Assembly (NCBI RefSeq): GCF_004010195.1
Contig: NC_057751.1
Span: 2,944,379 to 3,008,378, forward strand
Source: Chiloscyllium plagiosum
Taxonomy: Eukaryota
Direction of reading: 5' to 3'
DNA length: 64,000 nt
Part shown: piece by piece, positions 49,601-60,500 of the stretch
Position numbering within the stretch: position 1 is the first letter of the stretch
Layout of the letters: each line of letters opens with the position of its first letter
The notes under the pieces: generated by a model
Database searches by the model: none
Seen by the model: the letters and a program-made list of their open reading frames with translations, nothing else
What the model was told of the DNA's origin: nothing
Translations under genes and position numbers: made by a program

Positions 49601-52600
49601 GACCCTTGAGCCTGCAGAGCACTGCCTCCTCCCTGAGGACACTGATCAGCGCAAAATGTGATTTCTTCTTGATTTTTGAATAATCCTCTGCCTGTCTGTG
49701 TCTGAGAGAGACTGGCATCACCATGAGGTGCTGCCACCCTGCCATTGGGACACAGCGTTAGTGTGAGGCCCCAGGAACTGAAGACTGTGTAATGATGCAG
49801 GGTGAGCTGGGGAGAGAAGGCAGGCAGGTAAAGTGCCCACTTCCCTATGTGGAAGGACCAGCACAGTGGCTTCCTGCCTGCTGTGTAGGATTGATGTTAA
49901 TTTGTCGACAGGCATTTCCACTTGCTCATCGTTCGTGTGCTCTCTTCCTGAACAGTCTTTGAAGAATACAAGACCATTGCAAACAAAGACATTGAGAGCA
50001 GCATTAAAGGAGAGATGTCTGGCTCTCTGGAGAGTGCTTTATTAGCAGTCGGTGAGTTAGCGCACCTTTTTGTTTTCTTTCTCCCCCCTCTCTGACTGAC
50101 TGTACTTGCCCTCTGAATGTGCACTTTCTCACAGGACTAATGGCTTTCATCTCTCTCTCTGTCTCTCCCAGTGAAGAACATGAGGAACCGACCAGCATAC
50201 TTTGCTGAGAGGCTGCACAAATCCATGAAGGTAAATAAAGTCGATTCTTTCCGCTGGCATTGCCCAGTTCTACATGGCACAGTACCTTACAGTGCTCCAG
50301 GCTGGTATGCAGTTTAGCCCACTCCACACAGCCCAATGTCGGTTGCAAACCCGCAAGCATTTGATCCCGGAGTTGTGCAACTTGCTTTACTATCTAATTT
50401 TGCAGGAGATTGCCAGCACAGCACAGCAATGATAAACTTTGGACTCCAATCCCTGTCCTTGCAATACCATCCATGTTCCAGGCACTGACCAACTCCCCTA
50501 CACACAAGGACTGTGTGGCTGGGTTGTCCCTGGTTCTGTGAAATGCAGGTTGAATATGAAAGGTGATTGGGTCGATGTGATTACAGGCTGCCTGGACCTT
50601 TGAAGGCACAAGTGCTTCTGCCTAAAAGTGTGCAGCTTATAATGTTTCTGTTGATGGGTTTTCTTCACTAAAACTGAGCTGCTACTGTCAGTGAGAAACT
50701 GTAGTTGTTTCTGCCTGCAGAAAGCATTTCCCATGACCATGGCTCAACTGGCCTTTCCAGCTCGTTGATTTTAACTTATTTTTCCCTGCACACTGCTGAA
50801 GCTGGGTTGGAGTTTGCCAAGTGACAGTCCCTCTGCTGAGGCTCATGTGGGGAGTGTTTAGGAGGGACTCTGTTCAAATGGACACTTTTTGATATAAAAA
50901 TGCATCTTGGCACCAGATGACAACAGCTTCGAAAGGAGTTGACCCCTTGGTATTGGTTAGGTCAAGGGTTCGTGGACGGTGGTAGTGACTACACGGGTCC
51001 AGTGGACAGCTCTCCTCTGGCCAAGTGTGGGTTCAAGTCAGAAAGTTCGGTCTGTTTAACCTCCTTAGTGCAATGCAGAGGGAGCTTCCCTTTGTCAGAG
51101 GTGCAGTGCTGAGGGAGTGCTGCACTCAGTAGGATTCTGAACTCCATCATGATGGGGTTATTGTTGAAGCATGCAGAAAAATAAACCCAAGCCTTATACT
51201 TCCGTAATACCCTTTCACAGTCTCTGTGCTTAAGTTTGAGTTGTAGTCACTGCTGTCCTGACAGACAACTGAATGCAAGATCCTTCAAATGACGTTGGTC
51301 TAATCAGCATATATGATAACTCCTGAATCTTCAATGTAATAACCCAGGATGGTGAGAGATGAGCATTAGAGGCCAGAGCAGGTCTCCAAGTTGACCTCGC
51401 TGACTGTGGCATTCCCTCCAGGATGGCCCTGAAAGGTCAGCTTAGATTCCTGGAGAGTTTCTGTCTGTTTTTCCATCCATCCCCCATCCCCCACATTGAG
51501 CTCAAACTGTCTAACCTGGTGCTGCTTTGATCTTAGGGGATGGGAACAGATGACAATACCTTGATCAGAGTCATGGTCTCTCGCTGTGAAGTGGATATGC
51601 TGGACATCAAAGATGAATTTCACAGGATGTATGGCAAGTCCCTGTATTCTTTCATCAAGGTAAGTGTGTGCTCTGACAAGTCAGTACCTACTTACTGCCA
51701 ATGGATTGAATTCTGGTTTGATTCCAACCTTGGGTGACTGTGCAAACTCCACACAGACATCCTCCCCATTTCTGCATGGGTTTCCTCCGGGTGCTCCGTT
51801 TTCCTCCCACAGTCCAAAGATGTGCAGGTCAGGTGGATTGGCCATCCTCATTGCCTATAGTGTCCAGGGATGTGTAGATTAGGTGCACTTAGTCTGGGGT
51901 AAATGTCGAGTAATAAGGTAGGGGAATGGGTCTGGTTGGGATACTCTTTGGAGGGTAGGTCAGTGGGAGCAATGAATCTGGTTGGTGTAAGGGAGGAAGG
52001 GGAGTTTATTTGAAACGGGAGAACTCTGACTCCTGCGAGTTGTAGGCTGCCCAGACACCAGATGAGGTGGTGTTGCTCTAATTTGCAGTTTGGTACAATG
52101 CGGCAATGGAGGAGGCCAAGGATGGTCATGTCAGAAAGGGAGTTGTTGGGAGAATGAAAATGGGTGGTGACTGGGAGGTCACATTGGCTCCTGCAGGCCT
52201 GGCTGAGATGTTCGGTGAGCCGTTCCCTAGGTTTACATTCACGCTCCCTGATGTAGAGAAGACCACATCAGGAACACTGGATACAGTAAACTAAGTCGGG
52301 GGAGAGGCAGGTGAACCTCTGTCTTACCTGGAAGGACTGTTTGGGGCCCTGCATGGAGGTGAGGGGGGGGGGGGGGTGGTGTACTGGCAGGTTTAGCATC
52401 TTTTCTGTTTGTAGGGGAAGGTACTAGGGTTGTGGGGGTTGCTGAGTGCCACAAACCAAGGATTGGTGAAGGGAACAGTCCTTGCAGAAGGCAGAGAGGG
52501 GAGGGGGGAAGATGTTCTTGGTCATGGGGTCTAGTTGGAGTTGGCCAATGTGTTTAAGGGTGATCGATTTGAATGTGGAGATTGAGGGGGGTGGTAGGTG

Positions 52601-55600
52601 AGCACAAGGGGTCTCTGTCTTTATTACGTTTGGAGGGGGTTCAGAGCATTGGAAGAGGGGCAGTTGGGGGAAGCATATTGTTCAAAATGGGTGTCAGCGA
52701 CCCTCCTTTATGCTGAGCCCAGGTCCCTGCGTTCTCTATTTTCCCCAGCCACACGGAACCAATCTCCAGTGTCAAGCCTGTACAGAATGCTATCCTCTCC
52801 ATCGCAGCCCCTCGCTGCTATTCTAAACTCCAGCATGGAGATGGGCCCAGCCATTCCTGGATTCCAAGCTTCACTCAGTTCTTGCTGTAACGCTAGGCCG
52901 ATCCTTTCTCGGAGCAAAACAGAAATAGCTGGAAAAGCTGAGCAGGTCTGTCACCATTTTGTGGGCACAAATCCAAGTGTCTTGGGTTGAATGATCCTTC
53001 AGAACTGTTGGTAATGAGGAAAACATTTTTTTTTTTTCTCTGCAGAAGATGGGGAGGGGTAAACACTAGGTGAAGCTGGAGAGAGGGTAAAACAATTGGA
53101 CAGCCCAAGAAAAGGTTCCAGATCAGTCTGGGACAATGGGGAGTCTGTAGGAGCAGCCCATGTGATAACAAGGCCTGGTGTGTGAGATGGGGAAAAGGAC
53201 TGGGAAAGATCATCAAACGTGAAAATATCAAGTCCACAAGGCTGCAAAGTTTCCAAGCGGAAGATGAGGTGCTGTTCTTCAAGCTAGTGCTGAGTTTGGG
53301 TGGAGCACTGCAGCAAGCGTGAGACTGTGTGTGCGATGTTGGCCAGGGAGCAGGAAGCTCAGGGTCTGGATTACAGACAGGACGTAGGTGCTCTGTGAAG
53401 TAGTCACGCAGTCTCACCCTGAATCCTTGCAGTTAGGAAGACCAATTGCACACTGTGTGTTCACTGCTGTGGAGTGGAATGTGACTGAGTGAGTGCACAG
53501 TGTTCTTGTAAAATGGTAAGGAGCTGAAGGAAGGCTCTTGTGATTGTAACTCTAACCAAAACCTGTTGGTGGTGAATCATGACCCGTTGAGTATAATATG
53601 CCAAGGCAGTATAGGCCAGAAAGTGAACATTTTGAAGTTGGGTTGACAAGTCAGGAATATCGGTACTAACAGAGTCATCACTGAGTTAACGAAACTTCTC
53701 AGCTTGCACTGGTTCACTTTTTTTTTCAGAGTCCTTCCTTAGATAACCCTCTGGGTGTCATGAAACTTAGCCTGAGACCTGTAACATCACGTGAGCGTGG
53801 TCTTATTGAAAGGAATGTTTATTGATTTCTGGGAGCAAAATAGTGTTTTTGATCTTTTCGGGAGGATGTGGAGTCCGTTTCGGGTTAGCAGTTTGCCATT
53901 GTGGTTGGGAAGCCAGCTGAAATGTTGATCTGGCTGAGTATGGCTGGGCACAGGGAGGCATTTGGCGCAGAACATCAGGCGTGCAGCTTGCAACAGCACA
54001 GGCTCTGAGCTGAGCCAGAAACAGGTGACCTAATTCAGTGTCTGGTAACAGAATCCTGTCCAGGCCAAGGAGAGGGAGACAAAGCCCCAACACTTGCTAT
54101 GGTGTGGCCGCTGGGACTATCTCAACCCTTTTTTTTTTTGTTTTTTTTTGTTTTGCAGAGGACAGTCTGCACATGGGGGGGCAAATGCCAGGTTAGAATG
54201 TGGGTACAAGTGCCAGCCTCAGTGTTTGGAATAGAGGTTTCATGAGGAACATTGTAGAAGAATGTAACCACTGGTTGAAGTTAATAATAGACCATTGAGA
54301 TGACATTTTTTTTAAAAAAAAAAGTCAGTGTGAAGGAATTCAATTCAAGTTTTCAGTGAAGAATGGAATTGGAATTATTAAGGTCTTGATTTCTTTGGTT
54401 GATTTTGTGTTGGAATTGTACAGTTTTCATTCCAGACTTGTCTTGAGGTCTTGTGTTCTGCATTTCAATTTTCCTGGACTGTGGCGTTGTGCACTGTGGT
54501 TTTGTTCATTTTCCATACACTTGGCTGACTTGATGAATTAGGGCTTCCTGAAGAAGGGCTCATGCCCAAAATGTTGTATTATTATTATTATTTTTTCTTT
54601 CCCCCCTGCTCCTTGGATGCTGCCTGACCTGCGTTTTTCAGCTCTGACTTGATGAATTTTCAGACACAGCAGGAATGATCCGTAACCTGTACTGGTTTGG
54701 GTTGGACATGGAAGCTGATGGAATAACCAAGCTGTCAATGAGGCAGATACCCCTCCGTGCTGGATACTGTTCATGTGGACTTGACCAGGTTTTGTCAGGC
54801 TTAACTGCCTAGTGCTGGGGAATCAGTTCGTGTCCCTCATGCTTGCTGAGTGACAATGACAGACTCTTTTTTATTTTTTCTGAGCACGCAACAAAAATGC
54901 TCTTACAAACCCCTTCACTGCCTCATTTTTCCCCATCCCTCCCACTAACATCACCCCCACCCCCTCCGCTCACCATCTGCTAGCCTGGAACATCTCAGGT
55001 CTCACACGGTGGTACAGTGGTTAGCACTGCTGCCTCGTAGCGCCAGAGACCCGGGTTCAATTCCCGCCTCAGGCGACTGACTGACTGTGTGGAGTTTGCA
55101 CGTTCTCCCCGGGTCTGCGTGGGTTTCCTCCGGGTGCTCCTCCCACAGTCCAAAGATGTGCAGGTCAGGTGAATTGGCCATGCTAAATTGTCCGTAGTGT
55201 TAGGTAAGGGGTAAATGTAGGGGTATGGGTGGGTTACGCTTCGGCGGGTCGGTGTGGACTTGTTGGGCTGAAGGGCCTGTTTCCATACTGTAAGTAATCT
55301 AAAATCTAAACTGTATACTCTGCCTCCCACTCTGCCTCCCACTCTGCCTCCCACACCACAGGGCACTAACTGTGAACTCCTCTTTGCAAAAAGATATGTT
55401 CTCCTCCTTCCCCATTCACATAGCTAACCTGACCGAGTTGGGCTGGCTTGCTATGAACATGGGTGAGCAAGTGTCCAAGAACAGTGTGTGTCACTCTGTG
55501 ATCGATTCCTGATATCCCATCAGCCACTGAGCTTGACCCACTTGCACAGTGGCCAGCATCTGTTAGCTTCCAAGGTAACAATGGTGACCAGAAGAAAATG

Positions 55601-56530
55601 ACACTTCTTTTTTTTAAATCCGTGCCACTTTTAGTTTTGTGGGAGGGAATCCATTCAATGTGTGAATTAAAGACGTCATGTGAATTGTTTAGCAGATTTT
55701 GGCACTTTTCAGAGAGCAGCTGGGGGTGGTGTCTGTTTGGTCTCTTTATCACATGTTCCCCTGGTTGAACGGTGATGGCCACGATCACATGGCTGTTTGT
55801 GCGCTCTTACTGTGGGAAGTGGCACTTTGCAGTTCTGCTGAGTCATTTGAAATCATCAAATGCTTGGGTTGTGCACACTGCGGTCTGAATGTAGGCCTTG
55901 CAGTATTTTGAGCTTGGTCTGGAATCTCCAGTCCTGAGAGGACAGCTTTGAATCTTTTGACCACCAGATTGAGGGTGGTGACATTTCTGGGGGACACCTT
56001 GCTTAAATGTGCAGAAAACACTTCACCTGGGCAGCATGGTGACTCTGTGGTTAGCACTGCTGCCTCAAAACACCAGGGACCTGGGTTCGAGTCCACCCTC
56101 TGAGTAGAGTTTGCACATTCTCCCCCTGTCTGTGTGGGTTACCTCCCACATTGTAAAGATGTGTAGGTTAGGTGGATTAGTCATGGGAATTGCAGGGTTG
56201 GGAGAGGTAGTGCTGAGTTGGTGTAGGATCCTCTTTGGGAGGGTCAGTGTGGCCTGGATGGGCTGAATGGCCCGCTTTCACACTGTCAGGATTCTCCAAT
56301 CTCCTGTGTCAACATTGCTGAGTTGGGAACTGTCTGGCTGATTGGTGGATGCACAATACCCTGAAGAAGGATGGTGGGAAGGAGATGGTTCCACTTGGTA
56401 TAGTGTTCATTTATCTGGAACCAACAGACATTGCTGCCAAGCTGGACTGAACCTTTTTTAATCTTGTTTCTAGGGGGATTGCTCTGGTGATTATAAGAAG
56501 ATTCTGCTGGAGCTTAGCGGTGGAGAATAA
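19660..56530 (+). CDS. anxa4: Annexin A4, complete spliced CDS (12 coding exons, 320 aa): join(19660..19668,27499..27586,29618..29712,32198..32311,34477..34567,36294..36373,38018..38074,41975..42068,49956..50051,50172..50230,51537..51659,56474..56530)
   Basis: Manual splicing gives an open 963-nt frame: [320 protein letters not shown]. Four annexin repeats with GxGTD motifs and acidic cap residues. Short N-terminus, [39 protein letters not shown] and [10 protein letters not shown] are ANXA4-type. Exon sizes match the canonical vertebrate annexin structure. Confidence 0.95.
20890..21087. mobile_element. Palindromic Penelope-like end pair (family B)
   Basis: caccagattatagtccaacagg / cctgttggactataacctggtg inverted arms. 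Confidence 0.78.
21150..22085 (+). mobile_element. Degenerate CR1 LINE RT/3' region
   Basis: gtggataaatgtgaggtggttcacttgggtagcaaaaa ([11 protein letters not shown]), [12 protein letters not shown]. Confidence 0.8.
23718..24369. mobile_element. Solo LTR (Gypsy-like, 4-bp TSD)
   Basis: TGTAA...TTATA ends flanked by AACA/AACA; shares ggccagacc head and ggagcag end with 39240-39867. Confidence 0.6.
25770..26092 (-). mobile_element. tRNA-derived SINE (HE1/V-SINE-like)
   Basis: Reverse complement of the SINE family. Confidence 0.85.
27499..27586 (+). CDS. anxa4: anxa4 exon 3 ([30 protein letters not shown])
   Basis: ttttttcttaacag acceptor, G|gtttgt donor, 88 nt. Confidence 0.95.
27739..27960 (+). 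mobile_element. Short LTR-like repeat
   Basis: TG...CA ends; ccaatcagggagccctggct core also in reverse at about 18520-18535. Confidence 0.45.
29345..29546. mobile_element. Palindromic Penelope-like end pair (family B)
   Basis: aaaaatcac..caccaggttatagtccaacagg / ctgttggactataacctggtg..gtgattttt. Confidence 0.82.
29395..29426 (-). ncRNA. Minimal hammerhead ribozyme motif (family B), antisense to anxa4
   Basis: Reverse complement: CTGATGA-A-GGAGC-AGT-GCTCT-GAAA-GCTA-gtg. Confidence 0.65.
29618..29712 (+). CDS. anxa4: anxa4 exon 4 ([32 protein letters not shown])
   Basis: tgtgtag acceptor, AGG|gtatgg donor, 95 nt. Confidence 0.96.
32198..32311 (+). CDS. anxa4: anxa4 exon 5 ([38 protein letters not shown])
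   Basis: ctgcag acceptor, AAG|gtatgt donor, 114 nt. Confidence 0.96.
34477..34567 (+). CDS. anxa4: anxa4 exon 6 ([31 protein letters not shown])
   Basis: ACTAAC branch point 34451-34456, ccctag acceptor, G|gtaaag donor, 91 nt. Confidence 0.96.
34835..35050 (+). mobile_element. CR1 LINE 3' end
   Basis: [15 protein letters not shown] plus CR1 3' UTR. Confidence 0.78.
36294..36373 (+). CDS. anxa4: anxa4 exon 7 ([27 protein letters not shown])
   Basis: Long T tract plus gcag acceptor, ACG|gtaagg donor, 80 nt. Confidence 0.96.
36790..37054 (-). mobile_element. Non-LTR retrotransposon 3' end (L2/RTEX-like)
   Basis: ggccagcattgataacccatccctatttgccccttgagaaggtggtggtgagctgcctccttgaa family end. 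Confidence 0.65.
38018..38074 (+). CDS. anxa4: anxa4 exon 8 ([19 protein letters not shown])
   Basis: ctcacag acceptor, CAG|gtaact donor, 57 nt. Confidence 0.94.
39240..39867. mobile_element. Solo LTR inserted into a CR1 fragment
   Basis: TGTTA...TGACA termini, ATTG/ATTT imperfect TSD; interrupts the CR1 sequence ggggcagtga|tttccacagattc. Confidence 0.65.
39767..40532. repeat. Tandem duplication (381 bp + 385 bp)
   Basis: 39767-40147 and 40148-40532 are near identical and span the LTR/CR1 junction. Confidence 0.95.
39868..40680 (-). mobile_element. CR1 LINE ORF2 C-terminal region
   Basis: [63 protein letters not shown]. Confidence 0.9.
41593..41618. repeat. (GT)n microsatellite
   Basis: Direct observation. 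Confidence 0.95.
41975..42068 (+). CDS. anxa4: anxa4 exon 9 ([32 protein letters not shown])
   Basis: ccag acceptor, G|gtaagc donor, 94 nt; repeat-3 WGTDE motif. Confidence 0.96.
42330..45720 (+). mobile_element. Long degenerate CR1 LINE (ORF1, endonuclease, RT and 3' remnants)
   Basis: IGAND-like ORF1 remnant, [43 protein letters not shown] motifs in order. Confidence 0.75.
46200..46446 (-). mobile_element. tRNA-derived SINE, older copy
   Basis: Reverse complement of the SINE family. Confidence 0.78.
46525..46833 (-). mobile_element. tRNA-derived SINE (HE1/V-SINE-like), young full-length copy
   Basis: Intact A/B boxes, CpGs retained, (AATCT)n tail. Confidence 0.92.
49956..50051 (+). CDS. 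anxa4: anxa4 exon 10 ([33 protein letters not shown])
   Basis: aacag acceptor, G|gtgagt donor, 96 nt. Confidence 0.96.
50172..50230 (+). CDS. anxa4: anxa4 exon 11 ([20 protein letters not shown])
   Basis: CT-rich tract plus cccag acceptor, AAG|gtaaat donor, 59 nt. Confidence 0.96.
51537..51659 (+). CDS. anxa4: anxa4 exon 12 ([41 protein letters not shown])
   Basis: ctaac branch point, tcttag acceptor, AAG|gtaagt donor, 123 nt. Confidence 0.96.
51716..51960 (+). mobile_element. tRNA-derived SINE, 5'-rearranged
   Basis: gggtttcctccgggtgctccgttttcctcccacagtccaaagatgtgcagg body. Confidence 0.8.
52010..52680 (-). mobile_element. Penelope-like GIY-YIG region, degenerate
   Basis: MTILGLLHC...[26 protein letters not shown] remnants. 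Confidence 0.78.
52915..53420 (-). mobile_element. Penelope-like 3' region
   Basis: [10 protein letters not shown]..., [15 protein letters not shown] remnants plus terminal repeat. Confidence 0.72.
54540..54643 (+). mobile_element. Short Penelope-like end insertion (family A) with 15-bp TSD
   Basis: TSD CTGACTTGATGAATT at 54525-54539 and 54644-54658; hammerhead GAAA mutated to AAAA. Confidence 0.8.
55004..55310 (+). mobile_element. tRNA-derived SINE (HE1/V-SINE-like), young full-length copy
   Basis: A box tggtacagtgg, B box gggttcaattccc, CR1-like tail. Confidence 0.92.
55317..55354. repeat. 12-bp tandem repeat (ACTCTGCCTCCC)x3
   Basis: Direct observation. Confidence 0.9.
56029..56300 (+). 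mobile_element. tRNA-derived SINE, older copy
   Basis: gtggttagcactgctgcctca..gggttcgagtcc. Confidence 0.82.
56474..56530 (+). CDS. anxa4: anxa4 exon 13 coding part ([18 protein letters not shown])
   Basis: tttctag acceptor; TAA at 56528-56530. Confidence 0.95.
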   Translation, partial: GDCSGDYKKILLELSGGE

Positions 56531-56926
56531 GGAACCCAGCAGGGCAGTACCATCTCCAAGGGGAAAACCATTGGAAACATGTCCCACCTTTTTGTCACTG
56601 GATGTGTCCCTCGTTGCTGCTTGGTGTTAATCACATGCAGGCTGACAGCTATGCCTCTTGTCTCTCTTACCTTTTGAAGAAATCTAATTCTTTTTGTGAG
56701 ATGAATGTATTTTCTCTTCAGTGCAAATAGAAACAGCTGATGGGCACAGGAGCAACTCTTCATCTGGCTCTGAGACCGAGCTCCAGCCATTCCACCAAGA
56801 ATCAGTTTTCCTCTGGTTTGTAATTGGATCGCTGGAACGTTTTTGCTTCTGTTTTTATTGGTGGGGGAGGGAAGTGGACCAAGCAATCAGTATTGCAACT
56901 GAATCATGCACTCTGTAGCAATGAGA

Positions 56927-56955
56927 AATAAAAGTCAGATTTGTGAACCAATAAA
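56927..56955 (+). terminator. anxa4 polyadenylation signals (two AATAAA)
   Basis: AATAAA at 56927-56932 and 56950-56955, about 400 nt after the stop, followed by a GT-rich tract near 57000. Confidence 0.75.
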
Positions 56956-57079
56956 GAAATGCGTTCTGATGTGAAATGCCTCCGTTGCCATTTCTACAGT
57001 TTTGTGTGTCAGGTTTGGTCATCCTTAGTGCTTTGCAGAAGTGATGGCCTCATGTTATCATTGCTCAACACTGAATCCA

Positions 57080-57370
57080 TGAAGCTCTATGTTCTGGGAA
57101 CATGAACTCTCATCCCACCATAATGGATGGTAGTATTTGAATTATATAATTTTAAAGTAAAACTGCATTTCAGAGTTTAATAATGATCATGAAACCATTG
57201 TGCATTGGCAGGAGAAACCATCTGTCCTTGGAAATCTGTCATCCTGAGCTGGTCTGGGCAATATGTGACTCCAGACCCACAGCCATGTGGTTGATTTTTA
57301 ACTACCCTCTGGGCAATTGGGGATGGGCAATAAATGCTGGCTGAGCCAGTGACACCCTCCTCTCATGGTG
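57080..57370 (+). mobile_element. Old SINE-like element sharing the L2/RTEX-like 3' tail
   Basis: gtgactccagacccacagccatgtggttga..gggatgggcaataaatgctggc; reverse copy near 40715-40890. Confidence 0.55.
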
Positions 57371-59334
57371 CATTTTTATTTAAGAAACACTATAGGTTGA
57401 GAATACATTGCTGGTGAAATGCTGTCTCCCCCAACTGCAGTGAGTGAGGCCGGCTGGCTTTGATTGGTGGTTCTGTCGGTGTGTGTTCCTTGTGGCCATT
57501 CCATTCGGCATCAAGAACCTGGTGGGAAGGAAGCAACTCTCTGGGATGGTGTCATCTTGCTTCAGCACTGAGGTTGGAGATTCTTTTGAAGTCTGAATAC
57601 TGAGCCCAAGATCAGTGAAGAAGAGAATGATGAAAGTAAGTGATGGTACGATTCAATGATCAAAGTGTAGAGTACATCTGAAACAAGAGAATGCTGTGAG
57701 CAGATGGTTTACTGACAAATCACTGGAATTGTCTTAAATGAGTAGCTCTGAGTGGATAATTCATTAAGGATTCATTCCACCTAAAAACCTTGAAGCTATG
57801 TTTGTGAGCTTGTGTTCCACTTTGAAGATGGCAACATGCTGTTTTGTCTTTGCAATCGACCTGGTGTGATTTCCGAGCGCTCTCCAATTGAAATGCTACT
57901 TTCCATTAGACACCGTGCCAAGGCACAGACTGTGTGTGAACCAACTTTGCATGAAAACATTTCTCTGTGATGGAAAACCAAGGCTTGATGTTGTGTTGAT
58001 TTTTAGTGTGGTGTTGGGTCAGAATGTGGGCCATTGTTGGCAGCTGATGACACACAGTTTAAAAGGGCCAGGTGGGTGGGTGGGTGGCAGTGGGATCAGG
58101 AGATACAGCTCCCCTTTCTTTAGCATATGTGAGAAACCAAGCTCACTGATTATTAATTAAAGTCAGTCAAATTCTGAAGCTGTCTTTAATGTGTTCTTGC
58201 AAGCCCAGGTGACCACAAAGTAAGCGCACTTCTGAATAATATTATTGCACACTTATACAGTTTGCTATGAGCCTCTCTGTACCTCCCCCTTTTACCTCAT
58301 TTGTGACAGTTGTATTGCTCCTTGCAGCTGTTAATCAAATCACCTTAACATATCTGCCTGTGGCTAGCATGCAACCCCCCACCCCACCCCCGTCTTATTT
58401 GGTTATCTTGTTCATACAACCTCCCTATGTGCGTGACAATTGCAATGGTCATGTCAATACATCTGTTTCTACCAGTCAACCACCTCCCTTTTTCGGTTAG
58501 TTATTTCTTGGTATACATCCTCATGATTCAGCCTTGTGATTTCAGCAGAAATAATAACATTTGCAAGTGCCTCTCACAGCATATGATGGGCTGAATGGTT
58601 TACTTCCATACTTCAGGGATTTTATATCCATCCTGAAGGTGAATTGTAGCCACACCATCTCTTCTTCCCCTCTTTCCTCCTCCCCCCCCCCCCCCCCCCC
58701 TCTCGGGCAAGCTGTATCTCTGCCTCAGCCATAAGGGCGATTTGCTCCCATTCTGGTTCAGTCACGTGGTTTGGGTGACCAATCATGTGCGCCCCTGGTG
58801 CTGTCTCCATGGTTTGGGTGCCTTCCCCCTCCCCTTGTCCATTGCAGTCAGTGACAAATTCTGGAGTGTCACTGTGTGGGAATGTTGGAACTGAGCTGTG
58901 ATGCTCTCAGGCCGTTTCAAAAACATTTTACCCGTCCTCTTTTAGGGGTGGGCATGGCATCCTGCCCTGTCTAAGCACTCTAAGCAAGAAGCTGCTTTCA
59001 GAGGCTGTGGTTAGGTGAGGCCCTGTTCTCTGACCAGCCAAGCTGGCCTGATGCTGGGTGTGTTGGCATGAGCAAGGAATGCTATATTGGTGGTGTTTAG
59101 CTGCTGTCAACACAGTGATCTAAATTATCCCCAAGTCCTGTCAGGCTGAGGCATGGAGTCTGTGCCAACCTGACTGTCCAAGTCAAAACACACTGACTGA
59201 AAAGGGTTCAAGTCTTTCCAATTCTATTTTCTGTTGGATTTATGGATAACTAGGAGGAATTTGACAGACTGAGCAGATGGACCGGATCAGAGCCAAATGG
59301 AATCCAACACCGTTAGTTGTGAGGTTAAGAGAGG

Positions 59335-59745
59335 TTTAAAAATTAACATACAACACCGGGTTACAGCCCAACAGGTTTGTTTGGAAATACAAGCTTTCCT
59401 CATATTGGCACATTTGGGGTGCAGATATGGTCCCCATGGCTGTTCTGTGTGTCTGGATGAAGAGCTGGTTGTCAAAGGTCAAGTCGTTGTGGTCAAGGAT
59501 AAAGGATGAGTTGTAGGATGGTGCCTGGAGCTTTGGTGGTCAGTGATATTGAGTGCTGAGACTGTTGCAGTGATGCTGTCATGCTGAGGGATGTTTGTGC
59601 ACAGTGCCAAAATGTCCACTGTGATGAGCAATGTTCCTAGCTCAACTGATCTCAAATTTGTACTTGCACATGAATGGTTGGACTGTAACCTGGTGGTGTG
59701 ATGTTTTTAACTTTGTCCATCCTAGTCCAACGCTGGCACCTCCAC
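59335..59745 (-). mobile_element. Penelope-like element: RT fragment between inverted family-B ends
   Basis: Minus strand LITVDI..ALCTNIPQHD, ILDHNDLTFDNQLFIQTHRTAMGTISAP resemble Penelope RT motifs. Confidence 0.75.
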
Positions 59746-59759
59746 AGTGAGGCACTGAG

Positions 59760-60500
59760 CAGGACTAATGGTAAAGGGCAGAACCCTGGGAAGCACAGAA
59801 TATCCTGGAGACCTTGGTGTTCATGTACACCAATGCCTTCAGGTAGGGGATGGGGAGATAGTGGTTAGGAAGGAGTGTCTAACACTGGTCTTGATTACGC
59901 AAGGCAGTGTGTTTCAGAGCCTGGTGGTAACGCTGGACCTGGGCAGCCACAGCTCTAGTAGGGTGTGCAATTCTGGAATTCCATTTTCAGAGGGCTGTGA
60001 TTGAGCTGGAGAGAGTACAGAGGGCGATTGTCCAGAATGTTAGCTGGGCTGGAGAATTTCAGTCATGGAGAGAGATTGGCAAGACTCTGGTTGTGTGTTG
60101 GAGCAGAGTTTTAAGGTGTGGCTGGACAGATGTAGGAGTAGGTGGGGGATCAGAGGGATACAGATGCTTAGGAATTGGGCAGTTAGCTTTAGACAGTGGA
60201 TTTGGATCGGCTCAGGACTGGAGGACCAAAGGACCTGTTTCTGGGCTGTAAATTGTTTGCTCAGAATATTTTGAGACAGAACATGATTTGAGATGTATCA
60301 AATGTATGAGGGGTACAGTCAGGAAAGAACTGATCCCCTTTACTGGAGGAATCGATAAGCAGGAGGATCCACGTTTCAGATCAGGGCAGCGGGCGAAAGG
60401 TGATATGAGGGAAAAGTTTTCATGTAAAGGGTGGTGGGAATGTGGATCTCACCACCTGTCAAGGTGGGAAAAACACAACACGGTAAGCACTAGAAGGAAT
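59760..60500 (+). mobile_element. Degenerate CR1 LINE 3' fragments
   Basis: DLGVHVH, IELERVQR, DMREKF..WWE remnants. Confidence 0.65.

Noticed and set aside
19660..56530. Identity as ANXA5, ANXA11 or ANXA6
   Set aside because: Short N-terminus, only four repeats and ANXA4-type peptides ([32 protein letters not shown])
58670..58815. C-run, GTCACGTG E-box and CCAAT as the promoter of a downstream gene
   Set aside because: No identifiable exon or donor nearby; short motifs alone are insufficient
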